Shown: piece after piece, positions 49,798 through 58,581 of the stretch | Position numbering within the stretch: position 1 is the first letter of the stretch | Layout: every line of letters starts with the position of its first letter | From: Lentisphaerae bacterium GWF2_38_69 | GTDB lineage: Bacteria > Verrucomicrobiota > Lentisphaeria > Victivallales > GWF2-38-69 | Assembly: GCA_001803205.1 (NCBI GenBank) | Contig: MHBE01000035.1 | Location: 12,650 to 76,649 of the forward strand | Length of the DNA stretch: 64,000 nt | Direction of reading: 5' to 3' | Position numbers and translations under genes: made by a program | The notes under the pieces: generated by a model | Database searches by the model: none | What the model was told of the DNA's origin: nothing | What the model saw: only the letters and a program-made list of their open reading frames with translations

Positions 49798-50670
49798 TTA
49801 AATGATACAACTAATTATAAGCAAAGAGAGTATAGCAACATATTGGATGAGAAAACTTCTTATTGTTGGAAGAAAGAGGGCCGGCTTCTGATAGGTTTTC
49901 ATTCCTTTCAGGAAAGATAAAACTGCGGCAGGAATACATAGGAGGGAAAAACAGTTAAGCCAGTGTATATCTCCTGACAATATGAACACAATCAAAATAA
50001 CGAAGTTAATCATATTAATGGTAAAAGCCAGTATGAGCGCCCTCCTCTGCCCCAATCTGACACATATGTTGCGTTTTCCGACTAATGAATCCTGAATGAA
50101 ATCAGGAATCTCATTTAAAACAGCAATCGCAAATAAAAGCAATGCCGGAACTAAAGAAATAAAAAACACTTTAACTTCTAATTGCCTGGTTTGAACAAAA
50201 TAGCTCCCGCCAACCATGAAAGGACCATATGCAAGAGCGATTATAAGTTCGCCAAGCCCCCTATAGGTAAGCTTTATCGGAGGACACAGATAAAAGAGCG
50301 CCGCAAGAAAACCGAAAAAGGCAAATGCAATTATCGCAAATCCTATTGTATAGGTAAGATATAGCCCTATCAGAAAAGCTATAAAAAAAGCCCCTACCCC
50401 AACAATAAAAGTTTTGAGAGTAATGGGCTTAGGTTCGCATTGGAAAATTCTGTCAGTTCCAAGCTGCCAGTCAAAATATTCGTTAAAGCTTTCTACTCCG
50501 AGCAAACAAAAAAGAATACCGACAAACCCGACAAGGAACAAATAAAAATGAAACTCTCCCTGCAGAAAAAAAGCGAGAGCCGCCCCCAGCAGGTAAGGGA
50601 AAAGCCCTGCGATAAGCATAAATCTGTATCTGCAGAGCTTTATAAGATTCTTTATCAGACTTGTTTCCAT
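49798..50670 (-). CDS. UbiA/MenA-family prenyltransferase
   Basis: Asp-rich motifs NEYFD...GTD and NEIPDFIQDSLVGKR; Y..PP.KL.YRGLGE; multiple TM helices. Confidence 0.88.
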   Translation of the reverse strand: METSLIKNLIKLCRYRFMLIAGLFPYLLGAALAFFLQGEFHFYLFLVGFVGILFCLLGVESFNEYFDWQLGTDRIFQCEPKPITLKTFIVGVGAFFIAFLIGLYLTYTIGFAIIAFAFFGFLAALFYLCPPIKLTYRGLGELIIALAYGPFMVGGSYFVQTRQLEVKVFFISLVPALLLFAIAVLNEIPDFIQDSLVGKRNICVRLGQRRALILAFTINMINFVILIVFILSGDIHWLNCFSLLCIPAAVLSFLKGMKTYQKPALFLPTIRSFLIQYVAILSLLIISCII

Positions 50671-51638
50671 GTATTGGCTTCTTTGAGAAGCTCCGGGTTT
50701 TCGATGACCCTATTAGTAAATTCGACTACTTCGGGTTTTCTCCATGCTTTTTTATATTTTTCCCAAAGTTCCGCAAGGGAATTCTCACGCAAATTACCAC
50801 AGACAAAAGGAAGAGGTCCGATGAGTTTAACATTGCCGTTGGGTATGACAAGCAAGCTTGCCGCCGGATGATGCAAACGGTACCTAAGCTCTTCGATAAC
50901 ATCATACGGATAATAGTATATCTTCATCTTTCCTTCATATTTGAGCTGTTTTTCCTGAAGCACCTTGAAGAAAGCCTCATATTCAGCCTGGGACGGGTTG
51001 AGCTTATCCCAGTTCTGGGCTGCGCGGCCGATACGCATGATTTTCCCTGTATAAAAACCGTATATGCCCATTTCATAGGCCATTTCGATCATATCGCCTG
51101 TTTCATGAATATTGAATTTTGTAGGAACAAAAACTATTTCAGTATTCACTCCGGCATCCACAAGGAGTCTGCATGCATTGAGTGTTTTTTCATAATCCCC
51201 GTTGACTCTCATTGTTTCAAAAGTCTGTGGGGTTCTACCGTCCACACTAATCTGAACAGATCTGAAGCCTAGTTCTGCAAAGCGTCTGGCCTCTTCAGGG
51301 CCTATAAAATGGCCGTTGGTCTCGACTTTCAGGCTTATATTATTTTTCCTGAAGAATTCGCATATCTCGAAGAAATCAGGATGAAGCATTGGTTCGCCTC
51401 CGGATATAGCGACATAAGGGATATTCAAAGCTGCAATCTGATTGCAGAAATCTTTAACTTCTTCTTTATTGAGCTCATTTTCCATTGTATGCCCTGCTTC
51501 TTCGCAGCAATGCAGGCATTCCAGATTGCAAATAGAATTCAATTGCCATGCAATAAAAAGAGGAGCATCGTAATCTTCGAAATTAAATCCTGTAAGATTG
51601 ATTTCTTCTTTTGTAGGGCGGAGTTTATTTTCTATCAT
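50655..51638 (-). CDS. Radical SAM peptide-maturase-like enzyme (PqqE/MftC-like) with Cys-poor SPASM/twitch-like tail
   Basis: CNLECLHC (CxxxCxxC), SGGEP, ETNG, VQISVDG; tail LLVIPNGNVK...GNLRENSLAELW. Confidence 0.88.
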   Translation of the reverse strand: MIENKLRPTKEEINLTGFNFEDYDAPLFIAWQLNSICNLECLHCCEEAGHTMENELNKEEVKDFCNQIAALNIPYVAISGGEPMLHPDFFEICEFFRKNNISLKVETNGHFIGPEEARRFAELGFRSVQISVDGRTPQTFETMRVNGDYEKTLNACRLLVDAGVNTEIVFVPTKFNIHETGDMIEMAYEMGIYGFYTGKIMRIGRAAQNWDKLNPSQAEYEAFFKVLQEKQLKYEGKMKIYYYPYDVIEELRYRLHHPAASLLVIPNGNVKLIGPLPFVCGNLRENSLAELWEKYKKAWRKPEVVEFTNRVIENPELLKEANTWKQV

Positions 51639-51898
51639 TATTCAGTTTCTCCTGCAATAATACCGTTCTGTGTAAGAGATGCTATATATTCATTTACATC
51701 TTTTTGTATCACTGCCTTATCGCAATTATATATTTCAGCAAGCTCTCTGACTATCTCATCAGCAGCCTTGCCTTCGCCAATTCCTTTTAAGATATCAGCG
51801 CCGATATCATTGGTAATAAAAAGTTTCTCCTTAAGAGTTTCGAATATCACGGCGCCAAACTTCTCAGTACGCCACTTGACATGTCTTTTAAATTCCAT
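51638..51898 (-). CDS. PqqD/MftB-like RiPP recognition element
   Basis: VKWRTEKFGAVIFE..NDIGADIL..IVRELAEIY..DVNEYIASLTQNGII; GGAGG RBS before ATG 51898. Confidence 0.85.
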   Translation of the reverse strand: MEFKRHVKWRTEKFGAVIFETLKEKLFITNDIGADILKGIGEGKAADEIVRELAEIYNCDKAVIQKDVNEYIASLTQNGIIAGETE

Positions 51899-51941
51899 CC
51901 CTAGACCTCCGATGGTAATTGAAAGTTCATTTTTTATATGC

Positions 51942-51973
51942 AAAAAAATCCGGCAAAAAATCTATTTGCCGGA
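51942..51973 (-). terminator. Terminator/attenuator between precursor gene and maturases
   Basis: TCCGGCAAA/TTTGCCGGA 9-bp stem followed by U7 on the minus strand. Confidence 0.75.
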
Positions 51974-51999
51974 AATTATTAAATTTACAAATGTGTAAA

Positions 52000-52143
52000 T
52001 CAGGTAAACCTGATATAAGGCTGTGCCATAACGCGCTCTGAAACATCTTCCAGAGTAGGTTTGACCCATTCTTTCTTCCTGATTGTATGCTCTTTGGTCA
52101 GTGATTCTTTTTTCTGTTTCAATTCAGTTTTAATTTTGTCCAT
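52000..52143 (-). CDS. Putative RiPP precursor peptide, 47 aa (MDKIKTELKQKKESLTKEHTIRKKEWVKPTLEDVSERVMAQPYIRFT)
   Basis: Translated by hand (below the ORF track cut-off); AAGGGG RBS; WxxPxL RRE-binding leader motif; directly upstream of the PqqD-like gene. Confidence 0.8.
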   Translation of the reverse strand: MDKIKTELKQKKESLTKEHTIRKKEWVKPTLEDVSERVMAQPYIRFT

Positions 52144-52581
52144 ATAAGACCCCTTATACTAATAAATTGTCTTTGCACTTCCAGTCGCAGCTAATCTTCT
52201 TATCGTTTCTATAGAATAAGCATATTAAAGTACAAATCAACACGGGCACTAAATTATTGCCTCTAAATCGGATTCATATAGATTTCATCCTACCGGCTAA
52301 GAGTCTTTTAACATATAAATATTATGACAATTAATCAATTCCTGCCGACCCTGTCTTTTTAACTTGAGTTGTTTCGTTATAATAGTAAAATAATTTTTTA
52401 ATCAAAGCCCATTAAGATAAGCTAAAATCATGCATATTGGAATCTTGGATATGACCGGTATTCAACCAGGTTTTCCTAATAGTATTTATGTCGTCATGAA
52501 TGCCTTTATGCTTGCTCAGATAATAATCACATCTATTTATCTAAGAAAGAACTGGTGGTTAAAACTAAAGGACTAATAACA

Positions 52582-53499
52582 ATGGATCTAAATAGAATAA
52601 ATCTCAATTTACTGGTCGTGCTTGACGCTATCATAGAGGAAAAGAATATCTCTCTTGCAGCTAAAAGACTGAACCTGACCCAGCCCGCTGTCAGCCACAT
52701 GCTAAAACATCTCAGGACAATTCTTGATGATGATCTTATACTAAGAGGCCCGTTCAACAAGATGATCCTGACAAAAAAGGCTCAGGATATGAAAATGCCG
52801 GTCAGGAAAGTACTAAACGACATATCCGGTATTTTTACGGAAACAAAATACTTTGACCCCGAATATGATAAGTTCACCTTTACTATGGGCATGCCAGACA
52901 TTGCATCTGTCCTTTTAATCCCGAAATTAAATACGGCTATAGGCAACTTTTCCGGCAATGTAAAGATCAAGATAAAAAACATCCTTGACATAACAAGTTA
53001 TGAAGACATGATACATGACAATCTTGACCTGGCTATTGGGAACTTTTCTATTTCCTCACAAAATATAATGTCTGAGAGTTTATTCTCCACAGAACTGGTC
53101 TGTGTCGCGGACAAATCCCATGAAGTGTTCAAAAGCAAAAAGCTTACCTTAGATAAGTTTTTAGAATTCCCTCATCTGCAGCTTGTTTACAGAGAAGAGT
53201 TTCAAACCTCTTATGATGAGATTATCGGAAAGGCAACTGAATGCTCCAGGAAAATATTAATAACAATTCCCAATATAATGACAGCTCTCCATTCTTTAAA
53301 AAATTCCAACAGCCTGTGCATTGCCCATAAAAATATTGCAGAGAAGTTTTCAACTCTTCTGGATTTGAATTACAGAGACCTTCCTTTCAACACGCCTATA
53401 ATGAATTATTACCTATATTGGAAGAGAGAAGACAATGCCTCTAAACCTTTCACATGGATGAAAAAGTTGATTATGGATAGTTTCAGCAGTCATAGATAA
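52582..53499 (+). CDS. LysR-family transcriptional regulator
   Basis: NLNLLVVLDAI..ISLAAKRLNLTQPAVSH HTH; LDLAIG substrate-binding domain. Confidence 0.92.
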   Translation: MDLNRINLNLLVVLDAIIEEKNISLAAKRLNLTQPAVSHMLKHLRTILDDDLILRGPFNKMILTKKAQDMKMPVRKVLNDISGIFTETKYFDPEYDKFTFTMGMPDIASVLLIPKLNTAIGNFSGNVKIKIKNILDITSYEDMIHDNLDLAIGNFSISSQNIMSESLFSTELVCVADKSHEVFKSKKLTLDKFLEFPHLQLVYREEFQTSYDEIIGKATECSRKILITIPNIMTALHSLKNSNSLCIAHKNIAEKFSTLLDLNYRDLPFNTPIMNYYLYWKREDNASKPFTWMKKLIMDSFSSHR

Positions 53500-53548
53500 C
53501 CTATTAATTAATGCTATTTATCAAGAATATTATCATATACGGAACTAC

Positions 53549-53773
53549 ATGAATATAAAAAAAACTTATGTTATTACCGGAGGAAGCAGCGGCATAGTGC
53601 TTTCGACATTGAAAATACTTTTGAAAGAGGGAAACAACTGTACTGCTTTTTGCAGAAATCCTGAACCATTAAATACTCTAGCTGAAACTATACTCTTTCT
53701 GTTGTCTGATAAATCAAAATATATTACAGCTGCAAATATCATTGTGGATGGTGGTCTTAACAGTATTAGATAA
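53549..53773 (+). pseudogene. Internally deleted short-chain dehydrogenase (SDR)
   Basis: N-terminal VITGGSSGI fused almost directly to C-terminal FLLSDKSKYIT..IIVDGG; catalytic core missing. Confidence 0.75.
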
Positions 53774-53779
53774 ACGCAA

Positions 53780-55006
53780 TTGAAAATCAGTTATATAGAA
53801 AATCAATATTTAAATAAGAAAACCGTTTTGGGGAAGCTAGTGTCCGACTTAATTTTAAAAAGAAATCCTCTGCAGAAAACTTCGCTGATTTTTAACTTGT
53901 TTTTTATTGTGATATTCTCAGGAATAGCTTCTGTTTCTTTTGGAAATGAAGCATCCAATGAGTTTTTGATCGTGCCTTTAAGAGGCAATACCCTTGATAT
54001 CCACTTTGTTAATATAACTAATACTGAAGTGAAGATAACTCCTTCGATAGCTAGTTCAAAAGATATACCTGCTCCAGATAAAAGGAATCTGCTCTTTATC
54101 CCTAATTCAACAATGGCATCTGGAGAAAAACTTATGCCTCTAGATTTAACTCTTGACAAAGCGCTTATTACAACACTAAAAGGAAAGCCTAAACTCGTGG
54201 TCAGAAAATTTATCCAGAGCATCATGGTCTGTAACAATATCTCATCCTATTCTGAGCAAAAGAAAAACTATAGCTACAACTCAGAAGGAAAGTTCTGTCC
54301 TTACAGTTCATATATGTGGACAAACGGAACTCAAACATCTGATGACGGACTTCATGCCTACAAAAATGCAATGGATGAAATTAACACTCTTAAATATTCA
54401 TTCAATGCTTCGGTAAATGAGATAAGGGAGTTAAACCTTGAACTAAGATTTTCAGCAAAGAGTCATATTAGAACTTCTCAAACCAATGAAGTATCCGCGT
54501 ATATAAAACGATTGACTATTATTAATGACACTGCTTCTCATATTGCTGCTATTACATCACTTACCGCAGGAATATTGTCCATACCTACAAATCCTCTCTC
54601 AGGAAGTTTCTCGACAGTATCAGGAGCAGCATGGGAAATTCAGGCCACAGTCCAAACAATGATGGATCACTATAATCTTCAGGACAGATACGATACTGAA
54701 GCTAAAGGTCATTCCTGGCTCTCTTCGCCTTTTGATGTAATTATAAATCCGGTTAACTGCTTCATAAAAGACAGAAAAACCAATGTTACATATTCCGCTG
54801 AGGCAGATGAAAGAAATGGACAAGTAACTTTTTATCTTGGCAATGATGTTAAGCCTCAAAGCATCATTTTTCAGTTTTTTACGACGAACAAAGGAGATCT
54901 ATATATCTTTATCGTCTCCGGTTCCTTGCTGGCCAAAGGGGAACTGGATAAAGTTTTACCCGGAAGCGAATTTACTCATTTAAATAAGGCTGGAGATATA
55001 CCATGA
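53780..55006 (+). CDS. Hypothetical exported protein
   Basis: 408-aa ORF with a signal/TM segment; no recognised family; start uncertain. Confidence 0.55.
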   Translation: MKISYIENQYLNKKTVLGKLVSDLILKRNPLQKTSLIFNLFFIVIFSGIASVSFGNEASNEFLIVPLRGNTLDIHFVNITNTEVKITPSIASSKDIPAPDKRNLLFIPNSTMASGEKLMPLDLTLDKALITTLKGKPKLVVRKFIQSIMVCNNISSYSEQKKNYSYNSEGKFCPYSSYMWTNGTQTSDDGLHAYKNAMDEINTLKYSFNASVNEIRELNLELRFSAKSHIRTSQTNEVSAYIKRLTIINDTASHIAAITSLTAGILSIPTNPLSGSFSTVSGAAWEIQATVQTMMDHYNLQDRYDTEAKGHSWLSSPFDVIINPVNCFIKDRKTNVTYSAEADERNGQVTFYLGNDVKPQSIIFQFFTTNKGDLYIFIVSGSLLAKGELDKVLPGSEFTHLNKAGDIP

Positions 55007-56568
55007 GAAACTCTATGCCATGCATCAGATTTTATATCTGTCTCCTGTTTTTTCTTATTTTTTCTTTGGATATATATGCAGGCCGGCTTATTCTGACAAT
55101 TAAAAATGAAAGGAATGAAGATATACATGCAACTTTTGATGGCTCTAACTTTATAAACAGTTTCGATCCCTATAGAATAGACGCAAATTCAGTTGCTTCT
55201 CTTAATTTGGGATTTGCTGATGGGTACTTCATAAAATTCAATATTTGCGCTTCTGATGAAACAGCAATTAGCTCTTTTGCCGTAGTCAATAATTATCAAC
55301 TAGAGCACAGCTATGATAATTATATTCCAGGGTCAGGCTCACTTGATAACTTCGGTTGCTATTTCAGCAGTTCCAACACTGTCAGGATATCTGACATTTC
55401 GGGCTTCAGAAACCTTTCATGGCTGCCATTTTGTTCATATGATGAAGCCACACTTAACATTGTTATTGGCAAACCAGCGAAGATATCTTCCAAGGATGAT
55501 GATGCTCTGGAATTTCCGATCTTTGCAGTAGCTGAAAGTAATTATGCTGATGAAATAGCCTTAAACAGCGGCTCTGCTTCTGACTCAATCCATATAAAAG
55601 ATAAAGAATTTAATCTTCAGAAATGGGGTATTACCGGCGAATCAAAACTGAATAATGTTTCTTTTCATGATGGAGATAAAGAATCAAGATGGGCTGATAT
55701 CATCATTCATAACTTTACGCCTGATTCGTATTTCCTTTACTCTCTTGTCCAGATATACAATTCCGATTGCATTTCCTTCTCCTATAAAGACAATTTAAAA
55801 AATGCACCTGTTTTATTTTATCCTCCATTTACTCAGATGAGAGGTCCTGGTTTTAGGTTTTCTGCCTGGAAAACAGAGGCAGGCGAACTTAAGACTTATC
55901 CTGACAAAGATTCTGTTCAGAAAGATGAATTTGTTTTGCTTATAGGTAAAATATCGGAAGGCACCGAAAATACATTTGAATATCTTCCTGTAAGGATTAC
56001 TGCCTCAGCTAACGCCGGCTATTCAATGGAAAACGGAGTAAATATCGAAGCTTACGAAGAGTATGTTTATAGGGTTAAATTCACTCCTGTTAACGCCGGA
56101 TTCAAAATAACTCTTCCGGAGAATGACAACTATGTTAATCAGATAAGAATACCCACCGGATCCGACGCAGAGAATCTATTCTCAATAGTTAGAATGAACG
56201 ATATTGCCATAAAAACAGTTTCCAATAGCAAGCAAGCAAATACAAAAACAAGGACTTCTAATTCAATAATGTATGAAATATCCGGCATTTCTCCCAACAC
56301 TGGAAAAAAATATTTTTACAAACTGATACTTTCAGCTCCACCGTTTCTCGCCGGCAATACGCCAGGAATTTATTCCCCTGAGAAGAGAGTATCCGACGAT
56401 TTAAAAATAGGCAATTATTTAAGATATCCCGTACATCTTTATATAATGGAAACAGATAACTCAGGTTCAGAAAAATATAAGATAAATGAACATGTTGCCA
56501 CCGAACTGCCTGATTTCCCGGCAGGCAGAATTGAGTATTTCATTTCCGACGACCTGAGCAGGCTATAA
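55003..56568 (+). CDS. Hypothetical secreted beta-rich protein
   Basis: 521-aa ORF, signal peptide, ATGA overlap with the previous gene, GGAGA RBS. Confidence 0.6.
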   Translation: MRNSMPCIRFYICLLFFLIFSLDIYAGRLILTIKNERNEDIHATFDGSNFINSFDPYRIDANSVASLNLGFADGYFIKFNICASDETAISSFAVVNNYQLEHSYDNYIPGSGSLDNFGCYFSSSNTVRISDISGFRNLSWLPFCSYDEATLNIVIGKPAKISSKDDDALEFPIFAVAESNYADEIALNSGSASDSIHIKDKEFNLQKWGITGESKLNNVSFHDGDKESRWADIIIHNFTPDSYFLYSLVQIYNSDCISFSYKDNLKNAPVLFYPPFTQMRGPGFRFSAWKTEAGELKTYPDKDSVQKDEFVLLIGKISEGTENTFEYLPVRITASANAGYSMENGVNIEAYEEYVYRVKFTPVNAGFKITLPENDNYVNQIRIPTGSDAENLFSIVRMNDIAIKTVSNSKQANTKTRTSNSIMYEISGISPNTGKKYFYKLILSAPPFLAGNTPGIYSPEKRVSDDLKIGNYLRYPVHLYIMETDNSGSEKYKINEHVATELPDFPAGRIEYFISDDLSRL

Positions 56569-56605
56569 TATTAAAAAAGACAAAGGCACTGAGACACAAA
56601 GTTTT

Positions 56606-56701
56606 TCTGTCAGCGAATTAAGCGAATTTGTCGAAGTTAGGTATATAATAGGTTATTTCGATGCTTTTAGTTAATTCGTTTAATTTGTGTAATTCGTTGA
56701 T
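56606..56701. repeat. 96-bp dispersed repeat (copy 2)
   Basis: Matches 7738-7833 with one mismatch. Confidence 0.9.
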
Positions 56702-56815
56702 AACAGTCCGTCGTCAACAACCAGACCTGCTTCTGTTAGAAAAACAAAAGCGGCGATAAATCACAGCACTCCAAAGATATGCAATTAATGAGCCCATTTT
56801 CTATATTATTAAATC

Positions 56816-56886
56816 GTAGCACGGGCGTCTCGCCCGTGGGGGCCAATCGGCACTCTGTTATGCCATGGGCGAGACGCCCATGGTAC
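56816..56886. repeat. REPIN: inverted pair of GTAG/GTAC-footed REPs (CACGGGCGTCTCGCCCGTG)
   Basis: GTAGCACGGGCGTCTCGCCCGTG and inverted CATGGGCGAGACGCCCATGGTAC. Confidence 0.8.
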
Positions 56887-57089
56887 GGTGGAAAAGCAGA
56901 AACGATAAGAGAGCGGTTTAGTTTGAGTGTTGTTTGCATTGTTTTTATTTTTTAACCACTCTTCAGGAAGCAATTCACGAAGGTTTTTGTGTGGGTGATT
57001 ATAGAGTCTTCTAAAAATCTCAAGTTTCTGGTTTGGGAATTATTTATAATCAACTAACATATAAGCTATTAGCATTTTTATGATTCATA

Positions 57090-57177
57090 ATGTGTCGCCG
57101 CTCCCTTGCAGGGAATTCCCTGTGAGAGAGCTTAAATGAATTGCAAATTATTAACCACGGGCTTACACCCGTGGCTA
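57090..57177 (+). repeat. Dispersed ~88-bp palindromic repeat, homologous to 41282-41369
   Basis: Contains CCACGGG-CTTACA-CCCGTGG hairpin; aligns to the reverse complement of 41282-41369. Confidence 0.7.
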
Positions 57178-57317
57178 GAATATTAAGGAGCTGTAACAGA
57201 ATAACATATTTAAATTAATCTGAAACGAAATGATATGAGTTGGATATAATTGATTCCCTGGTGCTAGTAGTGCGTGTTTTTTTTAACCATGCGCCTTAGC
57301 ATGGCTCCGTAAACAGA

Positions 57318-57373
57318 GTAGACGCAATATCTAGCGTCTCATCAAAACCAGCCGCAAAATGTTGCGGCTCTAC
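57318..57373. repeat. REPIN: inverted pair of GTAG-footed REPs related to the RAYT-flanking family
   Basis: GTAGACGCAATATCTAGCGTCTC and, on minus, GTAGAGCCGCAACATTTTGCGGC. Confidence 0.7.
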
Positions 57374-57454
57374 ATTGCGGACAGCTTTACTACCATGCCC
57401 AATAGCAAGTCGGAGATCTGTCCCAAGTGCTTAGAAACCAATTTATTTTTTTCC

Positions 57455-57730
57455 TTACAAAGCTTCATCCAGTCCCCAGCTGTTAGGGCAGTATTCTAGT
57501 GATTGGATTATATATTGCCTGTTAACGATTTTTTCAAAAGACATCGGGTCTTTGCCCTGTTTGAAGAAGCCGCCCCATGCCCAGCCGTGCTTTGTCATTA
57601 TTTTGAAAACTTTGTCATTTTCATGTATCATAGCCTTATTATCCAAAGTTCTGTCCAAATATTTTTCTGCTCCTTCCGGATAGATTTTTCCTCCGGCAAC
57701 TGGCGATGGGTTATAAAAAGGATTTAAATA
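57455..57730 (-). pseudogene. C-terminal fragment of an M15-family (D-Ala-D-Ala carboxypeptidase-like) peptidase
   Basis: NPFYNP..YPEGAEKYLDR..HGWAWGG..KDPMSFEK; N-terminal catalytic part absent. Confidence 0.6.
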
Positions 57731-57954
57731 GCATAGAATTCAACCAAATTTATAGTGTTTTTCATAATATCCTTTTCCTCTTGTAATAAATTCGTGACTA
57801 AAACACTTGTTAAGCTTATAATATTAAAGGCTAATATTAAAAAATCTCAACAATTTATACCCAAAGGGTATTTTAATATTGGTTTTATTTCGCACATATG
57901 AACTCATTTTGTGTAAATATTTTTCGAAAATCATTTCGCTTTAAGTATAACAAT

Positions 57955-58572
57955 ATGAAATACCTAGACCTTACGCATACATTCAGGAATGACATGCATG
58001 TTTACCCAGGCGATACTAAACCTGAAATCAGACAGACCACTTTCTTTGACAAACAGGGATTCAACTGTTTTAAGATATCTACAGGGATGCATGTCGGCAC
58101 GCACATGGACGCACCTTTGCATATGCTTCAGAACGGAAAGAAACTAACGGATTATCCTCCTGAAAGATTCTTTGGCAAAGGTCATCTGATTGACGCCAGG
58201 AATAAGCCGATAACGGGAGAGCTCCTTTATGAAAAAAACATAGTAAAAGGAGATATTATTCTGATATTTACAGGATTTGACAAAAACTTTGGACAGGATA
58301 GCTACTACATGTCATTTCCACAAATGAGTGAAGAGTTCGCTCAAAAAATATCAGACCTGGAAATAAGCATAGTCGGCATGGATACGCCCAGCCCAGATGG
58401 CTATCCTTTTCCCATCCACAAGATTTTGATGGGAAATGATATCCTTATAATTGAAAATCTGACTGGTCTCGAAGCGCTTTTAGTGTATAAGGAATTCGAT
58501 GTTATTGCTCTTCCGGCTAAATACGACTGCGAGGCCGCGCCTGTGCGAGTAATTGTTAAGATAATCAGATGA
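57955..58572 (+). CDS. Cyclase / kynurenine formamidase family protein
   Basis: DLTH..VYPGD, HVGTHMDAPLH, GMDTPSPD, IIENL, APVRVI. Confidence 0.9.
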   Translation: MKYLDLTHTFRNDMHVYPGDTKPEIRQTTFFDKQGFNCFKISTGMHVGTHMDAPLHMLQNGKKLTDYPPERFFGKGHLIDARNKPITGELLYEKNIVKGDIILIFTGFDKNFGQDSYYMSFPQMSEEFAQKISDLEISIVGMDTPSPDGYPFPIHKILMGNDILIIENLTGLEALLVYKEFDVIALPAKYDCEAAPVRVIVKIIR

Positions 58573-58581
58573 AATAATCTT

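Noticed and set aside
50440-51998. Plus-strand ORFs of 143-229 aa over the radical SAM operon
   Set aside because: Antisense to well-supported genes and without motifs
52150-52500. Riboswitch or FNR box upstream of the RiPP precursor
   Set aside because: ATGACAATTAATCAA only loosely resembles TTGAT-N4-ATCAA (spacing off) and I recognised no aptamer consensus
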